Positions 15,375 to 28,850 of a stretch of 64,000 nucleotides of DNA are shown piece after piece. Under the pieces are notes generated by a model. The model ran no database searches. It worked only from the letters and a program-made list of their open reading frames with translations, and was not told where the DNA came from. The stretch's first letter is position 1. Every line of letters starts with the position of its first letter. The DNA comes from Tubiluchus corallicola (taxonomy: Eukaryota > Animalia > Priapulida), in assembly GCA_030141605.1 (NCBI GenBank), contig JAQGDQ010000229.1, forward strand, positions 294,743 through 358,742, read 5' to 3'. The translations under genes were made by a program, and so were the position numbers.

Positions 15375-15545
15375 AATTTAGGTCCCTGGTTCAAAACCAG
15401 GTGTATCAATTTTTTACATATCCTATTTGAATTTCCTGGCTCAAATGCTGACTGTATCACAAGTCTTTACATTTTTAAGTTTCGATGTTAGTGTATCAAA
15501 AATTCAATTAACTGTGGTTTTGTTCCATCATTTCTATCCTTCGAT
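15375..15545 (+). mobile_element. tRNA-derived SINE (copy 3, with duplicated B-box segment)
   Basis: ctggttcaaaacc and ctggctcaaatgc, followed by tatcaaaaattcaattaactgtggtttt, the reverse complement of the 13400-13440 body. Confidence 0.5.
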
Positions 15546-16721
15546 GCGTACTCTTACTCATAGTATTCTCCATACACAAATTAATTAGCTGTGTATTTTG
15601 ACAACAAGCCACAAACAGCTTCAGCTGGCAAGCAGATACATAATATGCAAACGCGGCCCGCTGTACCTATGCAAAAATCAAAATCTGATTTAGAATTTTT
15701 CCAAAATTTATCCGATCTGAAATTTTTGCGACCTGCACTTTCGAAGTACAAGTCTATTTTTTGAATTATTAAACTTGAAATGCTGTTAAAATAATCGGTT
15801 GCCTCTGACAGATAAGGCCTTTGGTATGATAAATGTTAAAATGAGTTTAACATCGCAGTCTGATACCGATTTGCAGGACTGGCCAACAAGACCGGTCGCA
15901 ACATGTGGATTCGGTATTACTTCTTTCTACCGACCGGCGCAGAGAAACAGCATTTTGAAACTTGTAATGAGAACAGGAGAGAAAAATTGAACTGTTATCA
16001 CCTGAAATGAAGGGCGAGCACGCAGCCAAGCTACCGCTGAGGTATTTCATCCCTTTGGAAAAACTATAGATGTCATTATCGCACTACGTGATAAATTTGA
16101 ATTGCTCTAAGTGGCAAAATTTTCGACCAAAGGAAGAGTAAATTTCGCCATAAAGACTTATGGCAGGTTTGCTGGAATTCTCTGTGTTATATGGGACGTT
16201 ACCAGTTATATAGGCTCGCACTGCGTGAAAGATTATTTATTTATTTATATATTTATACTTGTACCAGCGCGAGTTCAAGTTATTAGTTTGACGATTATTG
16301 TGCCTTGGAGAAATCTCTCTCTCGCTCGCTCTCGCTCTCCCACTCTCTCTTTTGCTATTTGTGCAAACCATTTCAACAAATTTTCTGTGAAATGACTGCA
16401 CTGATTTCACGTGATCTGGCAAGGCTGGTCGCCCCGACTATTGTCTAACATAAATATGAAGACTCAAGGGCCAAAGTCAGTGTCAAGATCAGGCTAAACA
16501 TGTAATTTCACCAAAACGATTGTAAAGTTCGGAATATATCATCTAGTGTCACTAAACTGATCAGTGATGTTGCTTAATGAGGTCTTTTTAATCCCTAAAC
16601 TAACCAAATAAAATTAATGCCAATGATGATACATTGCAACAATGAATAATAATGATTATGAATAACATAATAAATAACATGAAGTGTATGTAACCTGGCA
16701 TTATCAAACGTAGTGCTCAAA

Positions 16722-17388
16722 TGTAAGATTGAAGACCTTATGCCCCTGCAAGCTGTCGCTTATTAGAGTGTAGATTAATACGCTAATGCTGCTAGTAAAG
16801 CAGCTCTATTAGCTAAATATTTAAAAGCCGCAGTCAGATCGGTAAAAGCAAACAATAACATACAGATGATACTGCATAAGATGATACTGGTTTTGTTCAC
16901 ACGATTTGCAAATCTGTTTTCAGATCAATATAATTATTACGTGTCCATATAAAACTCATGCAGTGGAGGCCGGACCCACAAAATATTCGAGTGATGTACA
17001 CCGTCGGACTACACAGAGCCTAGGACCCAGTTTTAGGTAGGCTATTTCAACTCACAACTTCTAGACACATAAGTTATTTGGACACATTGGCCATTTGGAC
17101 ACAAGGTAATTTGGACATTTAGTTATTTGGACACATGGGCTATTTTGACACTAGGTGCTTCGGACGCACAGTAATTATATTGATCTGTAAACCGGTTTAC
17201 AAATCGTGTGAACAACATCATTATCACCTTATGTAGCCTTATATCATTGCTTGTTCCTTTACTGAGATTTTTGGGGCTAGGGCTTTCATACATTTAGCTA
17301 ATAGAGCTGCATTGCTAACATCATTAGCACATTAGCCCACACTTTAATAAGCGACAGCTTGCAGGGGCATAAAGTCCTCAGTCTTGCA
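16722..17388. mobile_element. Fold-back/MITE element with ~225-bp imperfect inverted arms
   Basis: 16722-16946 is the reverse complement of 17162-17388 (e.g. ttatgcccctgcaagctgtcgcttatta; gcagctctattagctaaat). Internal ~16-17-bp ttggacac tandem array at 17061-17169. Confidence 0.85.
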
Positions 17389-20300
17389 AGCTTATAATAG
17401 ACAGAGTGTGTTGTAGAAGCATAGAGTCTTAATTGTATGTATAGCTGCAACAAAACCGGCTTATTATGGTTCATGCAATGATTTCAGGTAATTTATGAAG
17501 CCAACATAACGCACAAGCAGGAAATGAAGTGGGGCGATTTGTCTGATATTGTGTTTGTAACACGGTTTAACATGGTGTTACTCATCAATGGGCCGGGACA
17601 AGAGACAAATTTTACGTAAGTTTGTAGTAAAATAAATATAATATTCTTAATAACCATAATATTTTGTGTTATAAAAGCTTAAATTTAGAAAAAAAGCTTA
17701 AAAGTTATAAAAGACTTTAAGCTGTTTTTATTATTTACCGACGGATAGCATGCGGTATTAAAATCGAACAATCTCAAAGTTCAATGTAATATATATATAA
17801 TTATATAGGTAAACTTAATTTAATAAATTATAGTAACACAAAAGTGCCAAAAGAGCTCTGTACAAGTAGGAGAAGCTACACAAAGACTGTTCTTAGCTGG
17901 GAAATAAAGATGATTTACGATCAAAAAAGAACATCAACGATATAAAAAACATATTACAAACATCATTATAATTATAGACTTCAGCTAATTGTACAAGTTG
18001 GCAACTGTGTTGAGACACGGCAACAAAAAAGAAAAGGCAAGCAAACAACAAACAAGCAAATAAATATACACTAATAATATAACTACTTTATATCGTGCAT
18101 TGTGAAAACGTGTTGGCATCATCCATTTACAAGAACAAGAAGATATAGTTCACAGTACATTAATTCTGAAAACGTGTTGTCACTGCTGTGCCTTCAATTG
18201 GTAAGAAGAGGAAACATCAAATATTAGTGCTTCTTTAATGGTTAAAGAATTAAAGTCAAGTACAGGATAACAGCTCACCGTTGTTCCTTTTTCCCCAGAC
18301 ACGACTTCAAACAATTGCCCATGATACTTCGCTTGAAACGATCATTTTATCATTACACTAATATAAAATACTACCAACGTAATTGTCTCCACGACATTTC
18401 GCGCGTTTCTTATGACTTTAATACTGTTGCAGAAGCCAAATTTCTTGTTTATTTAAATGTTAGTATTGTTGTTATTCACATGTTTACAAAGATACATAAA
18501 ACACGAAGAGTTTCACGCTTGTACAGTGGATGTATCAGATTGTGGAAGCTGTTGTTAGCTCGCGTGCATCATTCAGTTGCATTCTATTTGCTAGCTCAGC
18601 GTGCGTGAGTTTATGAAGCCTAGTATCGATCCAGGTAGCATGAGCGCCAACTCCGTGCAGGGGTGTCCAGAGTGAACACTTGTGCACGTTGTGACCACAA
18701 GAAAGAGTTAAGATAACGGCTTAACCTGTTCTACTAATCTTTTTCCTCCAACTTTTTGACAAAAGATTAGTTTGTATAGAACCTTTTATGACTTTAATTA
18801 TTTTCTGAAAGAAAGGCATAAAACCTCCAAAGTTGGTGTTTTCCTCTGTTTTATCAAAACTTGTGTACTCCATATAGCTTGAGCAAATGGAAACACAAAA
18901 CAAATGGAGAAGTTGATAACGGTTGGATATCTATTTATTATTCGGCACTAATATATACAACACATAGTTAGCAAATGTGTATCAAAACACGTATTTACAG
19001 TAAAGACACAAAAAGGTGGACATAAAAATGAGTCCTAGGATTATTTAGAGGTACACGGCTTTTGGGAACCTACATTCTCACGTTTAAACCCACTTACAAG
19101 CTGCACAAGCAGATCCAAGAAAAATCGACTTTTGCAAACATTATGGCATCCTGGAAAATATAAGTGCACTCCCATGCAAAAAGAATAAGACATGGTTACA
19201 AGGTGTGGCACACATTACTTTAACAACTTTTGTATATGTTCATATTATCTATTTGCATAATGCAAGACAAAACACGAGTCATGATTGCTGAATATGAAAC
19301 ATATCTAATAACAAGAAAAAGTATTAGAAATGGGATACTGACACTCAGAAGTGACCTTAATATAGAAAAGCTGCTAGCACAAGAATTTTGCCCATTTATG
19401 ATACATACTAGAGGTTCAGACACAACTATGTGTATAACCCAGCAGAAAAATTATCTTTATAATAACAATTAAGTGACTATTACAAAAATATGAAGCAAAC
19501 TGCATGTTTTAATAAACAAAACAACAATTATTATTATGATACTCGGGCACATTTTTATCAACTTAGTAAGAGCTTAATTGTAGTTTTCTTATATGATAAA
19601 CATTGTTAATTAAAAGTAACTTTACATAACCACATAACATGCTACTATGCTATAGGTATAACACGGATTTTATATTATAATCAAAACAGAACACGATATA
19701 ACCTATATAACAAAGCTCTAAGATTAGAATTATTTCTATCTATGAGAGTTGGTGACCTGCTGCACTGAGTGTAGAGAAAAAATGGCACCAGTAAAGAAAA
19801 CAGTTTAGGAAATAAGGAAAGTTATACTACATGTTAAAGAATTATATAAAATTTTCAGAAATTGAATTTAGCGAAGCTGAGTGCAACACATTTGTCCAAA
19901 ATGAAAGTTTAATTTCAGCAAGGAGCTTAACTAACACCTGATAGTAATGCATTAAAATAGATTTTTGGGGGGAATGCTAATTGCAATCTTAACTTGTGAA
20001 TTACAGCTGTAGTGATAAGGACAAAGGCATGAAGATGTCATTTGATGCTACGACGCCTAAAAAATAGAAACACTTACAAAATGCAGTTGGGACTGCATCA
20101 AGCATTACCTAGATCTGCTTTGATCTCTGGAGGTTGCTTGCATGTGTACAGAGGTAGAGAGGCCTTTGACAGAGGTACATATGTCTCTCTTGACAGTGAT
20201 ATGGATGTAATACTTTCATCAGAAAAAAGGATGTTCATGTTGCAAAATTTAAATTAACTTTGCAACATATGTCTTTCTTGTTAGTTTGCTAACTCCCGTT

Positions 20301-20939
20301 ACAGATTGGTGATGCTTCAGCCTTATTGTGGAGTTAAGGACCCAGTCGCATTTAACACAGAGCTTGTTCACTCAAAATTGTTATTAAAGCTAGTTAAAGA
20401 AATGAATGGGACTTTCTGGCCACCTTCCTCAGCCTTAATTGTACCTGGCAGAGAGATGACTACTAGCCGATTGTGAAGCAAACAATGGGTGTCATATTAT
20501 TATATAAATTCTATGGCCTGCTGTTAGGTAAACAATGAATACCATGTTACACAATACAAAATTGATTTGACTGCATTGGATTGTTGGGCAGAAACAGCCC
20601 TTGAATGTCACACTCTTGAAGAAGTGATTGATATTGCAGTTAGGAATCTCTTTATGCGCATGTGCGGCACTCAAATTTATAAGACCTGGTCATGTGTGGG
20701 AGGAACAAAGGTAGCTGAGCAACGGGCTAGATACCCACCTTGTATGCTGAGGCTTGGTAAATTAATGCTACAAAAATCCCTATGCTCCTACAACAGTTAC
20801 AGATAATTTCAGGAAAAACTGCAAGTTGGATGTCCTCTTCTGCAAACACAGAGGCACCCCTGGATGGCCTAGCCCATTTTCCTCTTCCTCGTGAGAAAGA
20901 AAGTGAACAGGAGGGATCTTGTGAAGGTGAGTCGTCGTT

Positions 20940-23900
20940 CTACTTCAGAGACATTAACACTTTATCTACTTGATCTTGCACCATGCTACACATTTCAGAC
21001 ACTGGAGTCATATCCTCCATCACGTCTTCTGAAAGTTGTTCGTCTGAACATTGCTTACCACTCTCCATCTAGAAATAACATTTATTTAATTATCTTACAT
21101 GTGTTTTCACATACGAAAAGAACATTAAGTCATGTTCACTCTAGCAGAATTATACTTAGAATGAAGCTTGCCACATTTCTGATTTCTGATTCATGGCCCA
21201 GCAATTCATAGCCAAAACAGTAGCTGTCTTTTACTATTTATGACAAGTTTAAACTGCACTAGTGAAAATTATCAGCCCGTCAAAACTGCACATAAGATAG
21301 TAGCCATAATTCTTGAAATTTGGATTAATTTTTACATTGCATAACTGAACTGGTAATAAGTGAGAACCAATGCCATTCTAAAATGTCTGCACACCATCAC
21401 TAAGTATAAGAATAATGCGATTCAAAATTTACCATGCATCAATATATAATTTTGAAGGAGTAAATTAGAGAGAAGTGCACACATTGTACGACATTAGGCA
21501 AAAGAAGTAAATTAACCTGATGACAGAGATTTGATTCAGATGGACCAGCTTCAACAGAATCCTGTGGCATTGATGAAGACATGAATCCATCTTGTTCAGA
21601 TGTTGTACTAGTATCACCCTGTTATTTCAAAAATATCACAAAATTAACTCTACATACATAAAATGATTGGCAAAAAACATACAATCACAACTTTTCTTGC
21701 TTAGTATTTGATTTTTCCACATTATTATACTTTGACTATAATAACGCATAAGACAAATTCCATATAACATGTGGATAACTGTTATTATCAATTTGCCTAT
21801 TAGATGTTGATCTGCATAGCAGGCAGTACTGTTGATTTACAAGAAATAATAACATGTGGAGACAAAACCGATAACAAATGAAAACAACTATACGCAGTGG
21901 AGAGTACAACTATGAGCAACAAAGAGGCAGGCAAAACCTTATCAATAAGTGGCACTGTTTTAATAAAGAGAATTGTTCTTAAAAGTTATGTCAATACTGA
22001 AAAACCTGATTGCAAAAAGAAGTCTGGTGCCTAAGCAATTAGCTCTTCCTTCAACTAGAACTTACAGATAGAGGATACACAAACAACTTCTTTTTCGCTA
22101 ATGTGTGTAAGAGCTCTAAAGTTATTTTATGCAATTCCTCTAAATAGTTTTGCTGTGTTGTCCTGAACAGACGAACTGGCCCATCCAAATTTAACTGATC
22201 TCGCAACTGACGATGAAAATTGGACATTAGTGACTTTCGAGTAACTTCAATGTGTAAAAGTACTTCTTCAGATCCTGAAAATAGAATGAACTTACAGCAA
22301 CATCACTAGCATGTAGCATGACTATGATTAATTGATCAAATAATAGGAAGAAGGTAAGTGTGAAAAATAAATATGTTTCACACATAGCTGAAAGAGTCAC
22401 TTTGAACTAATCTGAACATATGCAGTTAATTAGATGTCAAACTTTACAAATGAAACTCCTACACAGACTTACTAGGGACTAGGGCCAAGGAACTCAGTTT
22501 AATGACTAATCAGCTGTTAGAAAGCAGAGAAATATGTTAACATAACATTAACAAATTAAAATTGTTTACGGCAAAGGGAATAAAGAATGTGCTTAGCAGT
22601 AGGAGTTAAGCAATGCCAAGCCTAGTGAGCCAAAGGGTGGGTAGCCACTATTCTATACTTATGCTGGATGATTTCATTTGCCTTTTCTTTTGTTGCAGCA
22701 GGACACACAAAGGGACTTTTTTAGGTCAACATCTAACCTTAGACTATTTAGCTTGATAATAAACCAGGGTTTTGTCTAGCCCTCCTCTAGGAGTGAGCAT
22801 GGAACATAAAATCGAGTTATTTTAATTCGGATTCGATTCGAATCCAAAATAATGGATTAGAATAATTTACCATTTCAATTACATACATTCTTTATCACTA
22901 AAAGGTTTGAAACAGCATGCAATCATCACAATTTAGTGGATTTTCTGAATACAATTTTGATACAAATTATTAGAGTTACTGCAGAACAATATCAAGCAAT
23001 ATGCATCATCTTTCCAATACTGCTTTTTATTTGTAATTTGAAAATTTAGAAGAAAATCTTAAAACTGAATACATTTTCGATTCGTATTCGAAATCTTGAA
23101 AAGTCAAAAAACCGATGGATTAAAATTTGTTTTTTCATAAAAAAGGCTCACCCCTACCTTCCAAAATGAGCAGGCACTTATCACTAAGTGCCAGTATCTG
23201 GTTTTCAAGGGTGGTTACAGCTATAAATCCGAAAAAACAGCATGTTCCAAGACGGCCGATTTTCATTTGAAAAAAAGCAGCTAATCACAGTTAAGCGGCT
23301 ATTTCAAAATAATCTAATGTTTACATTATTAGACATCATATATTACATAGATACACCACATAATTATATATACACATATAAATAACTACTTTACCCATTT
23401 CTCGCACTTTTTTTATATGTCTTACAGGGTATAAAAGTACTATTGCTGGTATATGGATTATTCTCCTACTCTTCTTCCGTAAATGGTACGTGGCATGAGT
23501 TGTTTTCGGTGCAAAAGTTTTTGTTCCAACGCCCTTATCCCTGGAATTAATTTACAGCAAATAAATTTTTTCAGACCTAGATGTCACAAACACAGTGCAT
23601 GCAGTTAGGTAGCACCTGCATATAGCATTTAAGCACCCGATACAAATGTGTTGTATTCTCTCAGTAGTTCAGTATCATTTAATGAAACGAAACAATGATT
23701 TTAAACAAAATTTGATGTTACTACTTGTGAAAAACACAGGCACCAGTACATGTTAAATTAACAATAATTTGGTTTCCCTGTTAAACTTGATATTAACTGA
23801 GACAGGCCCCACAGTCAATCAGTACACTTGTACGATTACGAGAACAAGATATCCTGACCTGAATAGTTTTATCTAATGTTGGGTGTTAAGTATCTAGAAC

Positions 23901-26496
23901 ATGATAATGTCGAAAAAGCAGAAAACTGCTTTAAATTATTATAAATCGAAGGAAGGTAGAGTTCAGAAGCATGTAAAAGTTCAAATTTTACTGTGCTTCC
24001 ATAATTCAGCATTGAGAAGCAGGGATTTTAACGATGACGATATGTGTCGATAATTATTATCGATTATCGTGTCCATATGAAAAATTGTTATTACTGTTAT
24101 CGCATCGATATTGTTCTAGGAATAACATTATCGCATCAAATATTATGTATCATTGCTTATCATATTCTTTTATCAAATCGCTTCACTTTGTTTTCCCATT
24201 TATATGTGTTTCATAAGGTTGTTCGAATTATTTACTTGTACCTTCTTCCTGCAATAGCGGCTGTGTTCAGTCAGTTTAGTAACACGAGGATTGCCAAGTA
24301 CTATATTTCTAGACGCACTTTCCAGTTATGTGCTAGCAGTGCAGCTCACTCAAATAAATATAATAAGTAGTAATAGTTCTATGCATTAGTTGCTTACTCA
24401 TAATATTATATTTATATTATATTATATTATAAGTTCATATTTATATAATATATTTATAAATATTAATATACTTATCTGTCACAGCTCATACATATTAGTA
24501 TTATTATATGACTAAATAGAGAAGTGAACTTGGTTATGAATTACGCATATCTATGATCTTTAATCGGGAATTACAAGACTGTACCGGGGGGTTGGGGGCT
24601 CAATGCCCAACTCAGTCATATTGAAGACTAAAAATGGTACCCCTGGTTGTTTGACCAAATATCGAAGTAATTCGCGGGTAATAATAATTGAGCCCTCCTT
24701 GGAAATAAGTATTGAGTTATGTAACGTGTTATCCATGTACCAAGTCCTAAACAAAATTTTATACAAACATTACATTGCAGGATACAGTTTACAAAAGAAA
24801 AATACTTTAAAAACCAGAATTGCTACGCTACAGGAAAGCTATGCTTCACACATTAACAAAGAGTAGGATAACGTTCGGATGTTATCTTCGATTTTCTTCA
24901 AGATGACGCCAATATTCTATGTAATTTGGAAAAGAATAAAGCATAAGAAGGGTGAAAGAAATCGCTCAAGAGTGTTTCAGTGGAATGCAAAAAATGTAGA
25001 GCTTGCCCGTGGTATAAACTGATTTTCTTACTCTTTCAATAATGCATTGCTACTTTGTAAGCCTAAATGCAGAGGAAAGTGCACTAACCAGTTCAAGGAA
25101 CCATAGCCCTACTTAGATATAGAAAGACTTATTAATAGAAAGAGCATTAATGTATGCTATTTAAAATTAGTTACCTTAATGCTTGGTGACTGGCTTCTCT
25201 TGATATGGTTTGTTTATGAGCATCAGCTGATTGCTCCACAATTTCCTCTAGTGAAACATGCCTCTTATCAAGCCCAAGGGCTACACTACACTCTCTAGTT
25301 AGCAGTTCGCTCAACAGAGGGGAAGCTTGGTTTGTAACATTAGTAGCTGTATGAATGGCTGGTTTCACGTCAGTGAATTCAAAGCTAGTATTACCACTAC
25401 ATAATATATTTACATCACTATCTTTGGGATTTTCTATTTCACAATTCGATGAATTGTCAGTCTTAACGCGTAGACTTAACTCCGGTATGAACGTTGAATA
25501 TGGTTCAGAAGCAGCAATTCCAATGGGAACACTAGTTCCACTAGTAAACTGTCCTGAATCTCCTGCTTCAAAAACAGATTGTTTTGACAGGTTGTTTGTA
25601 AGGTTATTAACTTCACCATAGTCCTGGCAGGTATGTGAATAAGATGTGTTATCATTCAACACTTGTCCAGAAATAGCAGAAATGTTACAAACTGCATCAC
25701 CCGGATCATGTCCTTCCGATACAAGTACTTTACAATGCGCATCAAGTGCATGCATAAAGTAACTAGCATCTGTATTGAACAGAATGCTGCATGTAACACA
25801 CTTATACTGCACGCGTGTTGAGCTGCAAGCAGTTACATCATTGACAAATGTTTCTGCGTTCTCAGCAAAAAACGTGCCACAACTTGTCCATTGTGGCTCC
25901 TGTTTTACTTCTACATCCTAAAAATAGGTAAAAATAGAAGCCACTGCATTTGAATGTCTATTAACATCTAAGCAAAACAGAGAAGAAAAACAGCACCAAT
26001 ATAGATGCAGAGGCACATAATATTTCAATATTACTAGTGTTTCAATATTCTGCACAACTTTATAATTGTATTACAATGGAAATAATAACAAAAAATAAAA
26101 ATAACAAAAGTATTTTTAAATTAACTATATAGATACAGAATTCTATATACAAGCAAGCACAAGCATAATTACATTATGATAGTAATTGTTAGCACAGTTT
26201 ACTTTTTAGCAAAACTTTGTTAAAAACTAGATCTCTGGCTAAGTCCAGTCAAAATATAAAAGACATTACATTAAAAATAAAAAGCAAAATTAGTCCATAA
26301 AAGCTATTATTATAATTATTTTCAATTAAACCACAAAATTTATAATAGACAACTTTTCTGTGCCTGTTTCAATGTTAAATACACAAAAAATTCTAAATAA
26401 TAATTGATCTTACATTGAAAATAGCCTTATTTTGCCTTGCCAACTGATTTCAATTTTGATTTTCAAGAAATTCCAAAAAAAACTTACCATATACAT
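20940..26496 (-). CDS. Uncharacterised multi-exon protein (~445 aa) with one atypical N-terminal C2H2 finger; relative of the 33174-38222 zinc-finger gene
   Basis: Phase-consistent GT-AG exons 26488-26496 (MYM), 25175-25917 (DVEVKQEP...YKCVTC..HALDAHC), 23395-23540, 22066-22274, 21517-21618, 20940-21068 (TAG). They join into one open frame of 446 codons. Confidence 0.7.
22788..23156. mobile_element. hAT-type non-autonomous element (MITE) in intron
   Basis: Termini taggagtgagc ... gctcaccccta (TAGGGGTGAGC-type TIR) with subterminal attcg repeats; TSD degenerate. Confidence 0.6.
24020..24570 (+). mobile_element. Truncated copy of the hAT MITE family at 44548-45136
   Basis: Starts cagggattttaacgatgacgata; internal blocks (aaggttgttcgaat, cttcct..aa.ag.ggctgt, tgccaagt, agaag.gaactt) are collinear with 44548-44930. 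Confidence 0.7.
24575..24670 (+). mobile_element. Degenerate SINE fragment with Meta-like central domain
   Basis: gtcatattgaagactaaaaatggtaccc matches the core of the 28717 SINE. Confidence 0.45.
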
Positions 26497-27808
26497 CTTC
26501 CTCTAGGTTTCTCAGTGGAACTGATTAAGCATTCAAATCTCAGGTCCTGTAGGTACTAGACCTTTCTTTTAACTGAATCTTACCGACAGTATAATTTCTA
26601 TTCTGAAATGCAAACATTCATAGTTTAAATTGCAATAAGACAGAAAATAAGTTCATCAGTTTTCACGGTGGCCAACGAATATTGAGAATCGCAACCTCAT
26701 ATACTCGATGAACAGGACATTGTTCAACATTAATTAGACACATATGATGCAAGTGGTGTTGATTAATCTACGTGTCATGCAGTTATTACAACTAGATGAA
26801 AATTTCCTATGCAATATTTTGTGTGTATTTCAACTTGTAATTTTTGAACGCTAACTGAAGTTTTCTAGTTGTACTGGTTCCAAGGTATACTTGCGATGTG
26901 AAGAGATTATATGTGTGCTTGCAAACCAAAACCACCCATAAGTCGACATAGTTACAACTACCTTATGATGCTTCAAAGTAGAATGCACGAAAAAGTTTGT
27001 TAAATGACAATTTTTTGTTTTTTTTATATATATAATATATATGTAACACTAAATATATTGGACTTTTATATTCTAGCATCAAGTTATCAAGAAAATGTTC
27101 AAAAAATACTAAAAATCTAATTTTATAGCCCGTACCCCATTTCTCTGGCTTGAAACTTGTACTGCAATTGTAAAAAAACTTGAAACCTTGAAACATCTTT
27201 ATCAGGAAATCCCATCTACACATAACTTTAATGTGTTCTTGCAAAGTCCATAGTAACCAACATTTGTGAGGTTGCTGAGTTGTAGCACAGAGAATAACAC
27301 TTTAATTGGAGAACTCACTCTGCCTGCGGTGTGCGACTGCTTGACATGCTGCACCATCCAACGGCTAGCGGGTAAAAAAGTACAATGCATTCCTCATTGT
27401 ATGGACATTGGCAATAACAATAACGCTTTCTTCTACTTGCTGTAATATTATTATCTGCTAGCAAAGGCCCCGCAAAAGATTTTGCGTATAAATACACGTG
27501 TAATCAATAATACGCGAACATCCTACCTAGTCCTCATTTATAACACAAAGCCCGTAACATCTAGCCTACTGTTTGTTTAACTAACGCAAAGCCTGTAGAG
27601 CGTTTACTGAATTAAAGTTATAGGCAGAGTACAATGGATGACGTCAGCACAATGGAATGCGTCACCACGGTTTTCTAAGCGAAAATTGCGAAAAATAGAA
27701 CACGAATTAACTCGTCGATACTCCTCTCGGTGGACCTGCCCTAACATATAGCCCACATCGTCGTGTAGCCCTGTCCTTCCTCTTTGTAAAGAGCCCCATA
27801 TCTCCTTC

Positions 27809-28249
27809 CTAGAGTCCCACCGGGCGACGCTAGAACGTTTTTCCCGCATGCTGTTTGGTCAAAATTTCGAAAAAATCGCGAGTTGGGTCCGGGAAAACGC
27901 CCGCTGCGGAGCGCCCTGGCCCTCTCGGGAATTCTAAATATGCCTACTACACCCACCGCTGAACGGGCTATCTATCCATACCCAGTACCCCCCTCGGCCC
28001 GTACCCGTTCTCTACATCTCAGCCGTATAACTTTTGCAATTTTTTGCAAAAAACGGTCGAAAAAGGGCCATTTTTGGAGGTTTTTCGCCTCCCCCTCCTC
28101 CCGGTGGGCCCGATTCGAAAAATAAAGTATCAATGGCACGACACTAGATCGAGACCTTTCGTTTGATATATAGATCGCCGCAAATGGTGGCCTCGTCCGG
28201 GCTGTAGCCTCGAATCTTATATATATACCAAGAATATTAATATAAGAGA
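27809..28249 (-). mobile_element. Non-autonomous Helitron-like element
   Basis: GC-rich island in AT-rich DNA. The minus strand begins A|TCTCTTATATTAATA (5'-TC) and ends in a GC-rich segment followed by CTAG (27809-27812). Confidence 0.5.
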
Positions 28250-28716
28250 TGGTTTACCCGCTTGCTATTAAAGTGTTAGCACCACAGTACGCGTTGTCGA
28301 TTTTTGTATTAAGTGAACACTCCATATGTAATGTTCCATGGTTGTAATTTAACAGCAATTTTCTCAATGTTATGTTTTTCGATGAGCAGCGCGCACATCA
28401 ACTTCAAGGTGGATTATCTCAGCATAATTTAGAAATATGAGCGATGAGTAAGTAATAAATGTTAAAAAAATTTATTAGTACAATCACAATTAAAGACGAA
28501 CAGAAACCCAAAATTTGAAATAAAAAACATGTTGCTAAACGTAAGTAACAAATTGACGGAATGGTTGAATTGAACATAATTTTCTTCTTCAGTTCCTTGC
28601 CCCTTCCGTCTCTTGTAGACCTTTGGGTGTTACCATTAATTTTTTTATGAGAGTATTCCACCCGCTCCTATCTGCAGTTCAAGCCTGTTTGCAGCAAAGT
28701 TCTAGTAAGTGCTTTA

Positions 28717-28850
28717 GACCAGACGGTTTAGTCTAGTGGTAATGCGTCTGCTTTCCGTCTGGGTCGTGAGTTCGAACCAGCGGCCGGGTCATACCAAAGA
28801 CTTTAAAAATAGTACCTGCTGTTGCCCTGCCTGACGCGTGGTAATAATAG
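28717..28850 (+). mobile_element. tRNA-derived SINE with Meta/MESC-like central domain
   Basis: A box (tagtctagtgg) and B box (gttcgaacc), followed by ggtcataccaaagactttaaaaatagtacctgctgttgccctgcctg, which resembles the MetaSINE core as I recall it. Confidence 0.65.

Noticed and set aside
20770-20942. Programmed stop-codon read-through of the minus-strand gene
   Set aside because: TAG-A context is not a leaky one and further stops and frameshifts follow; decay is the simpler explanation.
28717-28790. tRNA gene (also 13470-13540)
   Set aside because: A/B boxes are present but there is no complete cloverleaf or acceptor stem, and they run into SINE bodies.
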